Assembly (NCBI RefSeq): GCF_006345805.1
Contig: NC_042999.1
Coordinates: forward strand, 15,252,001-15,316,000
Direction of reading: 5' to 3'
Source: Octopus sinensis
Lineage: Eukaryota
DNA: 64,000 nt
The position numbers were made by a program, and so were the translations under genes. Below are positions 37,811 to 51,671 of the stretch, in pieces. The notes below the pieces were generated by a model. That model made no database searches, was not told the origin of the DNA, and was given only the letters and a program-made list of their open reading frames with translations. Numbering within the stretch: the first letter of the stretch is position 1; every line of letters starts with the position of its first letter.

Positions 37811-38506
37811 GCAATACTGTGCCCATAATGACGTAACACTTTATTTTATTGGTCCAAAAAGGAGAAAGAATTGAAGGCAAAGTTGACCTCAACAGGATCT
37901 GAACTCAGATCACAGAAGCCTGTACTTTGAAAGCATTCTTAATCACCGTTCTAGTGCTTATAAAATGAGAAATTATCAGTTAAAACTAAATATCCTTTTA
38001 ACAGAGCTAGCATTTGGCAGACTTGTTAAAGTTTTAATCAGCCATTACAAAATCACTGCAGTTTCATTATTTTCAAATGAGAAGAGATCCGGGAATAATT
38101 CCAATAAAGCAGTGAAGAATGGTTGAGAATAGATCCTCAAAAGTTGATACAATTTGACTAGTTCACCATTGCTTATTACTCACAACAAGCCGAACCAATC
38201 ATGAAGACAAAGAGCTGACTAATTACCATAGTGAGATATTGATAACCGTAATATCATAACCAGGTCAATTACTTTGAGCTGTTACAAATATAGCAGGGAA
38301 CATCTAAACGTGATATGCTTTTATCTGGACACTGTCCAGTAATTTTAATCAGAATGTAGCTGAATTAGCTTAGAAGTATGAGTACTATTGGGTGGGATTG
38401 GGTGAGAGATGAATTGCATGATTATATGGTTTCTACCAAATTCTTCATATCTTGAATTTCATTTTATGTTTGAATTATGTTCTTATCATGAGCTTCCGAA
38501 TCAGTA

Positions 38507-38545
<39 letters not shown>

Positions 38546-39164
38546 AATGGAAGGAGAGAGATAGAGAAGAAATGGTATTAAATGTAAGATCACCTTAGGC
38601 ATATACTTAAAGTATAATTCTACGTGGACTCCAACAATATATCTTGATAATAAAATTATTTGTGACAATAATGAGAATTCCTTTATAAATGAACGAGGTC
38701 AGAAGAAAATTATCCTTTGTAACAAAAATGAAAGAGTTAAGTAGCCTACTAGTTCTTGTTATATGTATTGGCTCTTATAATCTATGATGACCTTTAATTC
38801 ATCAAGCCAACAAGAAAGTCTCTATATGGCCATTTACCTTGCTGGAAATAGCAACTGAATTTCTCTTAAATTACACACCTCTGACTTGGCAAAGAACACA
38901 TTGGATAATGTAGCTTTGAGTTCCCTGCAGGTAGGGAAAAAAAATAAAAAGATGGGATGGTCATGAATGGAATGCCTTTGATCAAGAATCTTCTTGATCA
39001 AACTGATGTGGAACCAAATGACGATAACAACATTATGCTTAATGTATCTCTGGCTTCCATGCTCATAGATAAAATACACAAAAATATGGGATTGTCACAA
39101 TTAGAAGGCCTTTGATCATAAGTCTTCTTGACTAGGGCTGACCTGGGGCTAAATATTCTTTACT

Positions 39165-39375
39165 CCTTTACTTGTTTCAGTCATTTGACTGTGGCCATGC
39201 TGGAGCACCACCTTTAGTCAAGTGATGTTGGAGTTTCCATCTACCAAATCCACTCACAAGGCTTTGGTTGGCCTGAGGCTATAGTAGAAGATTATAGGTG
39301 CCACGCAGTGTGACTGAACCTGGAACCATGTGGTTGGTAAGCAAGCTACTTACCACACAGCCACTCATGCGCCTA
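39165..39375 (-). mobile_element. SINE family C, internally deleted
   Basis: Tail joined directly to head. Confidence 0.8.
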
Positions 39376-39985
39376 TAGCAACAATAACACAAATATTTCA
39401 TCAATTATTTTTTATAATTAATTAACCAGTGGAGGGGGGACTGACCCCATAATTTTTATTTGTTTTTTTACAACCTGAGGATATCAATTCAGTTGGTGTG
39501 AAATTTCTGCAGATCCATATGGGCAAGATTGGCATTACGATCCAGAACGAGGGTTTAAAGCATGAGAGAAGAGGTCGGAGCAGAGCAGATTGTGGCAGAA
39601 GAGCTGCATAGATATTTACATTTAGAAGAGAAGGCAAGAATGATCAATCAGCAAGTGCTGCAAAGAGAAAGGTATCTTGGTGGCCTCCCATGGTAGGAGG
39701 TGAGTAGAAGTGTGTGGGTGGGGTGTTTCAGGAGTTTTCGAGATTGTATGGGGAGCAGGAAAAAGGGAAATAGAAGGAGGAGGAGGGGGAAGCGGGTAAC
39801 AGCAATAAAAATTGGGTATAGGGTTGGGTGTAGTGAGTGGTGGGTGACCAATGATATAAATTTATATTGAAAGATAAATTTATTTTTCTTTTGTCTTCTT
39901 CCTCTTTCCTTTCTATCTATCTACTTACCTGTCTGTTTGTCTGTCTATTTGTCTGTCTATCTCTCTCTCTCACTCTCTCGCTCCC

Positions 39986-40020
<35 letters not shown>

Positions 40021-40293
40021 GTCTGTCTATCTATCTATCTATCTATTTGTTTGTCTATCTATCTATTTATCTATCTGCCTATCTCTCTATCTCCCTCTTT
40101 CTCTATATCTATCTATCTATCTATCTATCTGTCTGTCTATACACATATAATCATCATCATTATAGTGTCCCCTTTTTCTATGCTTGCATGGGTTGGACAA
40201 AGTTTACTGAAACAGATTTTTTACAGCCAGATACCCTTCCTGTAGCCAGTGCTCACCTGTTTTCAAGCAAGGTAATATTACCTCCCCACCCCT

Positions 40294-40630
40294 GAAGGTG
40301 CATGGCTCAGTGGTTAGAACGTCGAGCTTAAGATCGTGAGGTTGTGATTTCGAATACTGGACCGGAATGAGTGTTGTGTTCTTGAGAAAGACACTTTATT
40401 TCACGTTGCTCCAGTTAACTCATCTGTAGAAATGAGTTGCGACGTCACAGGTGCCAAGCTGTATCGGCCCCTTTACCTTTCCCTTGGATAACACTGGTGG
40501 TGTGGAGAGGGGAGGCTGGTATGCATGGGTGACTACTGGTCTTCCATAAACAACCTTGCCCAGACTTGTGCCCAGGAGGGTAACTTTCTAGGTGCAATCC
40601 CATGGTCAGTCATGACCGAAGGGAGTCTCA
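40294..40630 (+). mobile_element. tRNA-derived SINE family G
   Basis: GAAGGTGCATGGCTCAGTGGTTAG...CTTGAGAAAGACACTTTATTTCACGTTGCTCCAG; homologous to 45045-45398. Confidence 0.85.
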
Positions 40631-40774
40631 GCAGCAATATTACCCCATGGCCAAACATATTTTTGCAGAATATTGGAAATAAATGACACGGTTTATATGA
40701 CTGTGACAAACATTTTACAATTATCAAGACAAGGAGACACAGACATTCTCCTTGAGCAAATGTTTTCTAATATG

Positions 40775-41390
40775 TCTCCAGGTGGACCAAAATCTTGCAA
40801 GAGGATTTGGTAGACAGAAACTGAAAAAATAAGGCGACGAGATGGCAGAACCGTTATCACGCTGGGCGAAATGCTTACAGGTATTTCGTCTGAAGCTATG
40901 TTCTGAGTTCAAATTCCACCGAGGTCAACTTTGCCTTTCATCTTTTTGGGGTCGATAAATTAATTTACGCACTGGGGTCGACGTAATCAACTTAATCCCT
41001 TTGTCTGTCCTTGTTTGTCCCCACGCACACACAAACACACTCACACACACACACACACATACACACACCCTGCACACACAGACTTATATGATTGGATTCT
41101 TATTTCTTTATTGCCCACAAGGGGCAAAACATAGAGAGGACAAACAAGGACAGACAAAGGGATTAAGTTGATTACATCGACCCCAGTGCGTAAATTAATT
41201 TATCGACCCCGAAAGGATGAAAGGCAAAGTTGACCTCGGCAGAATTTGAACTCAGAACGTAGCTTCAGACGAAATACCTGTAAGCATTTCGCTCGGCGTG
41301 CTAACATTTCTGCCAACTTGCCGCCTTCTTTCAGTTTCTATTTACCAAATCCTCTTGCAAGATTTTGGTCCACCTGGAGACATTGTAGAA
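40775..41390. repeat. Inverted duplication of a SINE B copy plus its flank
   Basis: Both arms share the deletion GATAAATTAATTTACGCACTGG and the flank GTGGACCAAAATCTTGCAAGAGGATTTGGT. Confidence 0.85.
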
Positions 41391-41803
41391 GACATTTGCT
41401 CAAGGTGCCACACAGTGGGACTGAAACCAGAACAGTGAGATTGGGAAGAAAACTTCTTACCACACAGCCACATCTGTAGGCATGTAATAGTTTCTAATTC
41501 AGGCACAAAGCCAGCAATATACAATACACTGGAATTAATAATGTTCATGAAACAGAAGTACAAGATACCAAACATGTCTGAATATGAAAACATGGTTTAT
41601 AGCAAACTTATTTCAATATTTACATTTGTAGCATGTCAAAATATCATAGATAGAATGATAGAAATGTAGATATTAATATATTCATTCTAAATATATCTAG
41701 ATTATTACATGATAAATTGGATATTCAAAATATCACATTCATTGTTGTCACACTGCCACAGTACCATGTACTATATACATGTGTGTGTATGTATGTATGT
41801 ATG

Positions 41804-41850
<47 letters not shown>

Positions 41851-43050
41851 ATATATATATGATGTATATTTATATGTCATCATCATCATCATCCTTTAAT
41901 GTCCCATTTTCTCTGTATGTGAGTATATATATATATATATATACACACACACATATACACACATACATTTATATACATACACACACATATATATGTGTAT
42001 ATATATATGGATACATACATACATATATATATGTGTGTCTGTGTGTGTGTGTGTGTATATGTTTGTGTGCATACATATATAATATATATGTGTATGTATG
42101 TATCTATGTATACAATATGCAGACAGACATACACACACCGAAAAAGGGACATTAAATAATGATGATGATGACATAAATATACTTATGATATATATACATT
42201 TTATATACATGTTTATATATATATGTGTGTATATATTTGTGTTCATACATATATAATATATATGTGTATGTATGTATCTATGTATACAATATGTACATAT
42301 ATGTATGTACATATAAATGTACATATATACACACACATACACATTTATTTACATACCTAGTTATTAATTTATACAGGTGAACATATACCTCAACTGCTAG
42401 ATAAACACACATATATCAACTCATCTAGAGATTCTTGTGTTTGTGAATGTAAGTTTGTGTGTGCAATAATACCAGGACATCTATACATAAGACTTACACA
42501 AATGTGAAGGTATGTAGGTTTGTGTGTGTATGTATGTGTTGGGTGTATGTGTATGTGTATGTGAGTTTAGTCTGTTAGAGTGATTTGTGGTTGAAAGCAC
42601 CAGATCCAATCAGATGAGCTCAGAAAGTATTCGTGCCAAGCTGTGATTGGCTAAAAATACACTATATATTCATGTCTTTTATTTGTTACATTTTTTTTGT
42701 CTTTTACTTATTTCAGCCATTAAACTACGGCCATACTGGAGCACCACCTTGAAGCATTTTAAGTTGAATGAATCAACCGCAGCACTTTCTCTTTTTAAGC
42801 CTGGTACATATGCTATCAGTCTCTTCTGCTGAACCACTAAGTTATAGGGACATAAATACACCAACACCAGTTGTCAAGGTTACTCAAGGTGTCATGCAGT
42901 GGGACTGAACCCAGAACCATGTGATTAGGAAGCAAGCTTCTAACCACAAAGCTACTCCTAAATATTGACAATAAAACTATATCTTTTCTCTCTTTCATTA
43001 AACATAAAAAAATACATACACACACTTACTGATATGTATGTTTATATATA

Positions 43051-43946
43051 TAAAGTGGGTGGAAAGTAATTTGGCATTAGAAATTGCTTAAAGAATTTTT
43101 AGTATCACTGAAGCCATGACGAAAACATTTTTTAAACAGACAACGTTAATGAGGATTTCTTATTTTCTTATTTTCCAGATGGCCAGTTGTGTGAGTGTTC
43201 AGGGGCAAGCAGAGGTAGCAGCATGCTATGAAGTGTGGAATTCTATTGTTATGGTTCAGAGATAGCGGCATGCATCGAAAGGTAAGTATGCAACACTACG
43301 TCTGGAGATGTCAAAAACAAAGTTGTCATGCAAAGCTGATGAGCACAGGCTCTGTGAATGATACAAGAAGAAGTGGCTGTCCCACCACATCCCAATGTGG
43401 CAACAGTGCAGGAAATGTTTAATCACAGCCCACAAAGATCAACATGTCAAGCAGCTCGTAAAAGCAGACTAACAAGACACACAATATGTATGGTGTTGCA
43501 TAAAGAATCAAATTTTTATCCATGAAAACCCCATTATGTGCAGGAGCTAAAACCTGAAGACTGTGACCACAAAAGTCAAGAAGTCCAGAACTCCAAGAAG
43601 TCCAGATCTCACTCCATGTCAGTTTTACCTGTGGGGTTACATAAAAGAGAAGGTATACAAGTACAAGACAAAACCTTGCACACTGGAAGACTTGGAGACA
43701 CGGATTCAGGAGGTCCTTAGTGATATCCTAGATGATATCTTAAGGATATCATTAAAGTTGTTCAATCCATCCTTGGCTGTTTGAAGAAACTGGTTGATGC
43801 CAGCGGTACATACGCTGAAATATGAAGATGCACTTTCCTTTTCCCATGTAATAAAGAACATGTATCATTTGTTGCAATAAAATTTATAAAAGGAATATGG
43901 ATTTTATTACCAATTTTTAATGCCTACTTACTCTTCACCTATCCTG
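43051..43946 (+). mobile_element. Internally deleted Tc1/mariner-superfamily element
   Basis: KLMSTGSVNDTRRSGCPTT, KPHYVQELKPED, SPDLTPCQFYLWGYIKEKVY; imperfect TIRs GTGGGTGGAAAGTAATTTGGCATTAG / TAATGCCTACTTACTCTTCACCTATCCTG flanked by TA. Confidence 0.8.
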
Positions 43947-44469
43947 TATATCATCATCATCATCATTTAAGCTTTAACATGGATTAGAGGGAATTTGTTG
44001 AGGCAAATTTTTCTAGGGCCAGATGCTTCTCCTGGTTCAAACCTTCACCTGTTTCCAAGCAAAGTAATATTACCTCATGGCCAGACATGTTCTTCATGGA
44101 TGACTAGAAATGAACAACACTGCTTGAATAACAGTGATGCTCATTTACAACCATCATATGATGTCAAGAGAAGGGTATACACACACACACACACACAAAC
44201 ACACATACACACAAATGAAGCATATATTAAGACATGGGTTTAATATACAATTTCAGTATCGCTGGACAAATAAATTTTAATATATTTTTGCAATATTACT
44301 AAAGTGGTACAATTCACACACACACTCACCCACAGACGCATACACACACACTCACCCACAGACGCATACACACACACATGCATAGCTTGACATAAAAGCA
44401 AATATTATACATGTGTGTATATATGTGTGTGCATGTGTGTGTGTGTGTGTGTATATATATATACATATA

Positions 44470-44520
<51 letters not shown>

Positions 44521-44923
44521 GTACACACACGCACACACACACACACATGCATGCACACACACTCATATAAATTACATTGTATATGTACTTATTATATTAT
44601 GTATTTTGTATATAAGGCTGTGAGCTGGCAGAATCATTAGCATTCCAGAGAAAATGCTTGGTGACCCTTCATGTCTTGATATTCTGAGTTCAATTTCCAC
44701 CAAGGCTGACTTTGTATTTTTTTTCTTTTTGGAGTTAATAAAAAAGTACCAATCAAGTACTTGGGTCAATGCAATCGATTTTCCCAGCCCCTCAAAAACT
44801 GCTGGCATTGTGCCAAAATTTGAAACCATATTATATGTGTTTGTGTATGTGTATATAGCGTTGGCCAATAGTCACCTGACAGTAAATCAAAACCATTTAA
44901 TTCCAAGATTTATTTATGTTTAA

Positions 44924-45509
44924 CCCTTTCGTTACCAACCCGGCTGAAACCAGCCCTAGCTCTGAGTACAAATGTCTTGTTTACATAAGTTTTGAATTAA
45001 AATCTTCCACCAAACCTTAGTCACAATCTATGTTCCTAACACTAAAGGGTAAAGACCCCCTTTGGTCATGAATGACCATGGGATTGCACCTAGAAAGTTA
45101 CCCTCCTAGACACAAGTCCGGGCAGGGTTGTTTATGGAAGACCAGCAGTCGCCCATGCATACCGGCCTCCCCTCTCCACGCCACCAGTGTTATCCAAGGG
45201 AAAGACAAAGGTCGATACAGCTTGGAACCAGTGACGTCGCAACTCATTTCTACAGCTGAGTGAACTGGAGCAACGTGAAATAAAGTGTTTTGCTCAAAAA
45301 CACAACACGCAGCCCGGTCCGGGATTCGAGCTCACAACCTCACGATCGTAAGCTTGACGCTCTAACCACTGAGCCATGCGCCTTCACTAACATGTGCCTT
45401 CCTAACACTAGCTGAATGATAACTAAGTTATTTTACTAAATTCTTTGTTATATTTAAAGTAATTGAAAGAAACACTGAGCATCTCAAAATAAATACAGTA
45501 ACAAAAGGG
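44924..45509. mobile_element. piggyBac-like MITE with TTAA TSD, containing a nested SINE
   Basis: TTAA|CCCTTTCGTTAC...GTAACAAAAGGG|TTAA. Confidence 0.88.
45045..45398 (-). mobile_element. SINE family G nested in the piggyBac MITE
   Basis: 12-bp duplication TTCCTAACACTA at 45033-45044 and 45399-45410. Confidence 0.88.
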
Positions 45510-46119
45510 TTAACAACTGAATAAATTTAATAAAAGCATCATGAAAATTGTTCAAACTGAAGTCCTTCTTGAGCGAAGGCGTTGCCAGTGCCGCTGGACT
45601 GGCTCCTGTGCAGGAGACACTGGCTTTCTTTTGGTTTCCATCTGCTAAATCCACCCACAAGGCCCGAAACTATTCTAAGAGACACTGAACCCAGAACAAT
45701 GTGGTAAGGAAGCGAGATTCTAGACACAGCCATGCCTGTAAATATATATATTATATATAGATAGGTGCTGTCATAGCTGTGTGGTAAGAGGTTTGCCTCC
45801 CAACCACTTGTTTTCAGGTTCGAACCTACTGTGTATCTTCTATTATATATGGTCAGCTCTGGGCTGACCAAAGCCTTTTGTGTGTATTTGGTAAACTGAA
45901 ACAAGTCTGTTGTATATTCATATATAGCAGTTTAGTGAAAAAAATTACTGATAGAATAAGCACTGGGCTTAAAACGTAAATAAGTCCTGGGTCAATTTGT
46001 TTGAATGAACCCTTCAAGAGTGTGCACTAGCATGGCTGCAGTCAAATGACAGAAAGAAATAAAAAGGTTAAAAAATATATATTACACACACACACATACA
46101 TACATACATAAGGCATCAC

Positions 46120-46297
46120 ATAAAAGCACCCACTACACACACGGAGTGGTTGGCGTTAGGAAGTGCATCCAGCTGTAGAAACACTGCCAAATTAGACTGG
46201 AGCCTGGTGCAGCCTCCTGGCTTCCCAGACCTCGGTCAAACCGTCCAACCCATGCTAGCATGGAAAATGGACGTTAAACGATGATGATGATGATGAT
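46120..46297 (+). mobile_element. Retroposon family D 3' portion
   Basis: Family D body with (GAT)n tail. Confidence 0.85.
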
Positions 46298-46428
46298 ATA
46301 ATATATATATATATATAACAAATGTACGTCTATGTTTTGGGTGATTGCCGTCCCTGTGAACATATACGTATACACCTATGTGCTTTTCCAACAGCATTAG
46401 AGCATTTTTTGATGATTGTAGTTTTCCT

Positions 46429-47401
46429 GGTCAATATAAAGATCTTTACCGGGAACAAAATAAATAAATAAATAAACCAGCCTGGTGAGTGTTAAGTATG
46501 TAGAAAATGTATATGAAAAAAATGCGCACTGACGACCCTAGGAATGGGTGGGAAGGGGGCTTTCAGAAAATTCATAAGATCCCATTTTTCTGTCATAACT
46601 TCCGGTAAAATGGATATATATACTGCTTTTTTCTTTTTACGGAATCCCACGTTTTTGATTATAGAGAATCCGATTCTGCAAAAATTTTTTTCAAAAATCG
46701 CATTTTCAAAATTTCAATTTCCTTCGTTTTTCTCTTTTTCCGGAAATTTTCTGTTTTGCGAAAATTACAATTTTTCAAAAAAAAACAAAAAAAAAAAAAC
46801 AGAATATATACCCTCTGGCCTTCAAGCAGGCTATCCACAGGCTAGAACAAACAGCCAAATCTCACAAAACGGATCTTTTCGGTTTGAACGAGTAATATGA
46901 CAAATTCATGCGAAGTGTTTTTTTTTACATTTTTTCGAATTTTTTTTTCCATCAATCTACGTGGGAAAATACAGAGATTAAGAATATGGAAACATAAATT
47001 TAAATGCAATTTTTTCAGAATAGTAATCTTCGAATTTTTCTACGTATTTCGCAAAAAAAAAAAAAAAAAAAAAAAATTCCAGAAAAAGTAAAAAATGAAG
47101 CGGGGTTGGGTAATTGAAATTTTGAAAATGCGATCTTTGAACATTTATTTTTTTCAGAATCGGATCCTCCATAACCAAAAACGCGGAATTCTGTAAAAAA
47201 AAAAAAAAAAACAATAGATATCCATTTAACCGGAAGTTATGAAGGAAAAATGGGATCTTGTGAATTTTCCGAGAGTTTCACCCCCGGGTCGTCAGCAAGC
47301 ATATTCTTTTCATATATGTTTTCTACATACTTGTTGACACCCACCAGGCTGGTTTATTATTTTTTTTATTCTGTTCCCGGGTGAAAATCTTTATATTGAC
47401 C
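46429..47401. mobile_element. Merlin-type MITE/fold-back (973 bp, TIRs of about 300 bp, perfect 8-bp TSD)
   Basis: GTTTTCCT|GGTCAATATAAAG...CTTTATATTGACC|GTTTTCCT; an 8-bp TSD and GG termini fit Merlin. Confidence 0.88.
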
Positions 47402-47492
47402 GTTTTCCTTTATGGTACCACATTGCGCATAATTGTTTTTTTTTATTTTTATGTATATGTACACACAGAGACATGTACGCATATTATATATG

Positions 47493-47549
<57 letters not shown>

Positions 47550-48399
47550 GGAGTAACACATAAATGTGAAACAAGGTGGAAAAAAGAGTACTCAAATACC
47601 AGTGGTAGAGTAATATGCTTTATTTAAAAGCAGCAGAAATTCAACAAAACCTGTTACTCGAAGTTGAATTTCTGCTGCTTTTAAATAAAGTATATATATA
47701 TCCGGTATCGACTTACTTTAATAAAATAATTTCTTCCACTTTGGTTAGATCTGATCAACTTAATAAAATTCTTTATACTTTGGCGGCTAAGTGATTCACG
47801 GGCTTAGCGTTGCATTCGAACTTATTAACCTTCTATATATAAGTTGTAAGTTAATGATCATTTTAAATTGCAAATCACAAGTGTCATGTGAATTTTTAGA
47901 CTGTTCCCCCTAACATTTTGCATATATGGATTCGCCTTATTTTAAATTATTTACCATATTTGATGATTAGCAATCCAACAGTCTTGTAAGGTTAACCCGA
48001 TTTAAACCGAAATTTGAGTCCTTATTTTATTTTTACAAATATATTTGATTTAATTTTATTCGCCCAAATGTTTTACTTCACAAAACTTTTCTATATCCTT
48101 GCGACCTCTTTAAAAAATACTATTACACTTTTGTTTTAAAAAATATATCACTCCATGTGACGGAGGTAAAGACAACGGACCGCACCCTCTTCGGGATTTT
48201 TTTTTTTTTTCGGGAACACACTATATCGAGTGCGGAAATTCGGAATCGGCAAAAATTTTAATCGCTCCCCCACCCCCCCATTTTTTAAAATTTTAATTAA
48301 AAAGATTTTGGGGGGGGGTCGAAATACACAGAAAAATACGGAGATTATGATTCTGCAAAAAAGAAAAAAAGAAAAGAGAAGCAGTGTACATGTGGGAAT

Positions 48400-49250
48400 G
48401 AAATGGACATAAGGCCTTCGCAGCGTGCAACAGATGGAGTGGAATGGAAAATAGTTTCAATCCGAAAGGATACGTGTTTGGAGAGAAGGAGACTTTCTGT
48501 TAACCAAATGTTTCTTATCATATTCGACTTCATTTTCGAAATGCTGGTAACCAGTTCTATATGTGCAAACAATGTAAAGTCACTGCAATACAATGGTATG
48601 AATACTGCCGTGAAATCTGTTCGTAGAAGTTTCTGAAAGACCAAAAGAATTGGGTGGCCCGAATCATGTAGAAGTAGATGGAAGTTTGATGTTCCGTAGA
48701 TAAAAATGAAGTATATTTCTTTATTTACCTATAAAAAGGTTTACATAGAGGGGACGTTACAAAGACAGACAAGGAACATGTAGGGTACAAACACGCTTCT
48801 TATATACAAGATGAAAAGACAGATGGATTTACATATGCGGATGGAGAAAGAAATGAAGTTGGGCGTGTGATGCAGTCGTTGTGGGTTGTTGGTTTCTACG
48901 ACAATAACCCCCCCACCAAAAAAAAAAATGTTATCTGCTATACGTTCAAGATAGAATGGCAGAAACACTGGAGACACTCATTCTGAAAAATGTAGAACCG
49001 GGGTCTACATTATTTACAGACCAGTGGGGGCCATTTACTGGAACCTTGAAAGACTTGGCTACATTTACGGCACTGTCAATCACACCCGGGATTTTGTAGA
49101 CCCCGAGAGTGGTGTATGTACAATTAGAATTGAGACATACTGGAGCCGAATTAAACGACTACTGAAATACAAATTCGGGTCTAGGGGGATATGCGATGGT
49201 GTATAATATGACGTGTGACCGTTCGTAGGAGAACTATAAGACCTTCGTCA
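48400..49250 (+). mobile_element. Merlin/IS1595-like transposase pseudogene
   Basis: SIRKDTCLE, HVEVDGSLM, LKNVEPGSTLFTDQW, GTVNHTRDFVDPESGVCTIRIETYWSRIKR; interrupted at about 48720-48910. Confidence 0.85.
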
Positions 49251-49449
49251 AAAACGTGGCCGAAATTTACACATAATGATTTTTGAAAGGTATGTAAACG
49301 ACAATTATAACATTTCTATGTGCTTTTTTCGATTTTCTTTTTGATAGTAAATAGTCTAAAAACATTGTGAAGTATGTTTGCCACTTAAATGTGGCTAGCT
49401 ACTGTAGCTTGTAACCCCAGGAAGACACCTACAGCTGGCTATTGACACA

Positions 49450-50030
49450 CTATATATGCCTTATCAGTATACAGTAGCATTGCACAGGATATTAATCGTC
49501 TGGAAACCATTCAGCGATGTGCAACCAATAGAATACTGCCCGCCATCAGGCATTTGCCATATTCTGAATACCTTACTTCCCTGGGCATGGATACATTGAA
49601 ACTCCGACGTCTGGCAGCTGACTTGGCAGATACCCATAAAATTATTAACCATCTTACTAACAATAACTCTGAGCAACTTTTCAAACTTCACCTGCCTAAC
49701 ACCCGTGGACATGCCTACAAAGTCAGAAAACAGCACAGCTCCTATGACTTTTGGAAACATTTTTTCACGCTAAGAGTTGCTGAAGCATGGAACAAACTGC
49801 CGGCATCAGTTGTTAGTTGTCGGAGTACTGCATCCTTCAAAACTTCCATGCTTCCTGAGATTCACCAACACTACACCTGATTTTCTCCCCTCCATACACA
49901 CACAAGCATGTATCTGACTCATACACTGTTCACTTCCCAGACATTTGTACATTACTGCATATGCTTTATACGCAATTTTAACAAGTTGTGGTGCACCTGA
50001 GCACTGTATAAATAATTTCATTGTTATTAA
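49450..50030 (+). mobile_element. CR1-clade LINE 3' end
   Basis: RHLPYSEYLTSLGMDTLKLRRL...FFTLRVAEAWNKLP; same 3' UTR as 33400-33470. Confidence 0.9.
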
Positions 50031-50459
50031 ATGGCAAATATACTTCACGATGTCGTGCAGCTACTGTTTATACCTCGCTCAGAAATTTATTAAGTCTAAA
50101 TATGTTTTTCTTTAATTTTGCAGGCTGTCTTCCTGTGTTTTCTGCCTTTCTATCAGCACTCGTTTCGAGACATTGTTGTTGTAACAAAAATTTAAAGTCT
50201 TGATGTCTGTTGTTCACAGCCACTCGTAAGCCAGAGAAATATTGGCGCTTGTTTCATTAGAATGTTTAGAGACACTATCTTGTCACAAAAATGTCAAAAA
50301 TTTACTAACTTAATAGATTTGTGACTAAACCTTAATTTAATTTTATACCAACTTTATTATCAATTATATAGATAATTGCAATTATGGTCTGTAAAGAAAA
50401 CTTAGTTATCTGCACATTTTCATAAATGTTTCTCTTTTGCGATCAACGTTACAAATATA

Positions 50460-50860
50460 CGCAAATTTCTTGGGAGCTGAACAATCTCTTTTAGCTGGGC
50501 TCTATAGACCACACCTGACTCCTCTATTATGTTCAAGGAATGTCTTTAATTATATAAAGTGTTTCATCCATTGGTGTCATGCTGACAACATTAATGAAGG
50601 GGACTTCAACCTTCCCAGCTAGAAAACGGATTTTCCCACATCGACCCCATTCAGATCAGTAGAAAAATTTAAGTGCAGAATACCTAGAAATAGAAGATCG
50701 ATTATTAAAAAGATAAAAAGAATCGAGAAAATAAAGCATGGTGACCATCATTAACTGTTGAAGAAACTGTCCAACACTAGAGTCCGCGGAAAGATGCTGC
50801 AGTCGGTAGAATGAGTGTTTCAGGACGAACATAACGCAACATGTTGTGGTTGATGGTCTT
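50460..50860 (+). mobile_element. CR1/L2-like LINE APE and RT fragments
   Basis: GLYRP...GDFNLP (AP endonuclease), then VRGKMLQ...GRT..VVDG-like RT segment. Confidence 0.55.
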
Positions 50861-51671
50861 TTGGAATTAAGAGAGGTAGGTAAAAATTAGATTTTTTGCA
50901 CACACACACACACACACAATGACATAATTTTTTTTTCTTTTTTGGTAATTCGTATTTTGCAAGTTGATCCTCGGTTTGGCTGTTGTTTCTAGCTTGTCAG
51001 ATTTCCAATTTGAAGATTTTGAAAACCTCCAAAGCACGTTTTTAAAATTTGTACCTCTGGCAAAGAAAAAAGGCTGTGGGGAAATTTCACTTTCTGTCAT
51101 AGGGTGGAGGGTAGGTGTGTTTAATTTTTTTTTTTTGAAAAATTGGAATTTTTTAGGGTTTTTTTTTTTTTTTTAGAATCATAATCTCCTTATTTATCTT
51201 CGTATTTCGCCAAAAAATATTTCTAAAATAAGTGAAAAATTAAAAAATTAGGTGAGGGGGGGGGGCATAAATTCGTATTCAAACATATTTTTAGCATATC
51301 GGATTTTCTGTTTACTTTTTGCGGCGTCTGCTATTTTAGTATAATTCTACGCATGCGCAAAACAGTAGTAGAGAAAGCGCTTTCATTTCACTTACGTCAT
51401 AGGGGGAGGGGGAGTTTATTCATTTGTTTATTTTAATTTTTTTGAAAAATTGAAATTTTACAGAATTTTTTTTCAGAATCATAATCTCCGTATTTTTCTG
51501 TGTATTTCAAAAAAAAAAAAAATGAAAATTTAAGAATTTGGTCGGGTGGGATTTAAGTTTTGAAATGCAGATTTTTTTTTTGCAGATTTGGAATCTCCGC
51601 ACTCAATATAGTGGGTTCCTTTAAAAAAAAAAATCCCATTGTCACCTCAGCAGGAGATATTTTAAGGTTTG

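Larger units (their letters stand above)
48193..51637. mobile_element. Putative 3.4-kb Merlin element bounded by inverted repeats of about 170 bp
   Basis: 48193-48365 is the reverse complement of about 51470-51637; encloses the Merlin transposase relic; no TSD found. Confidence 0.5.
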
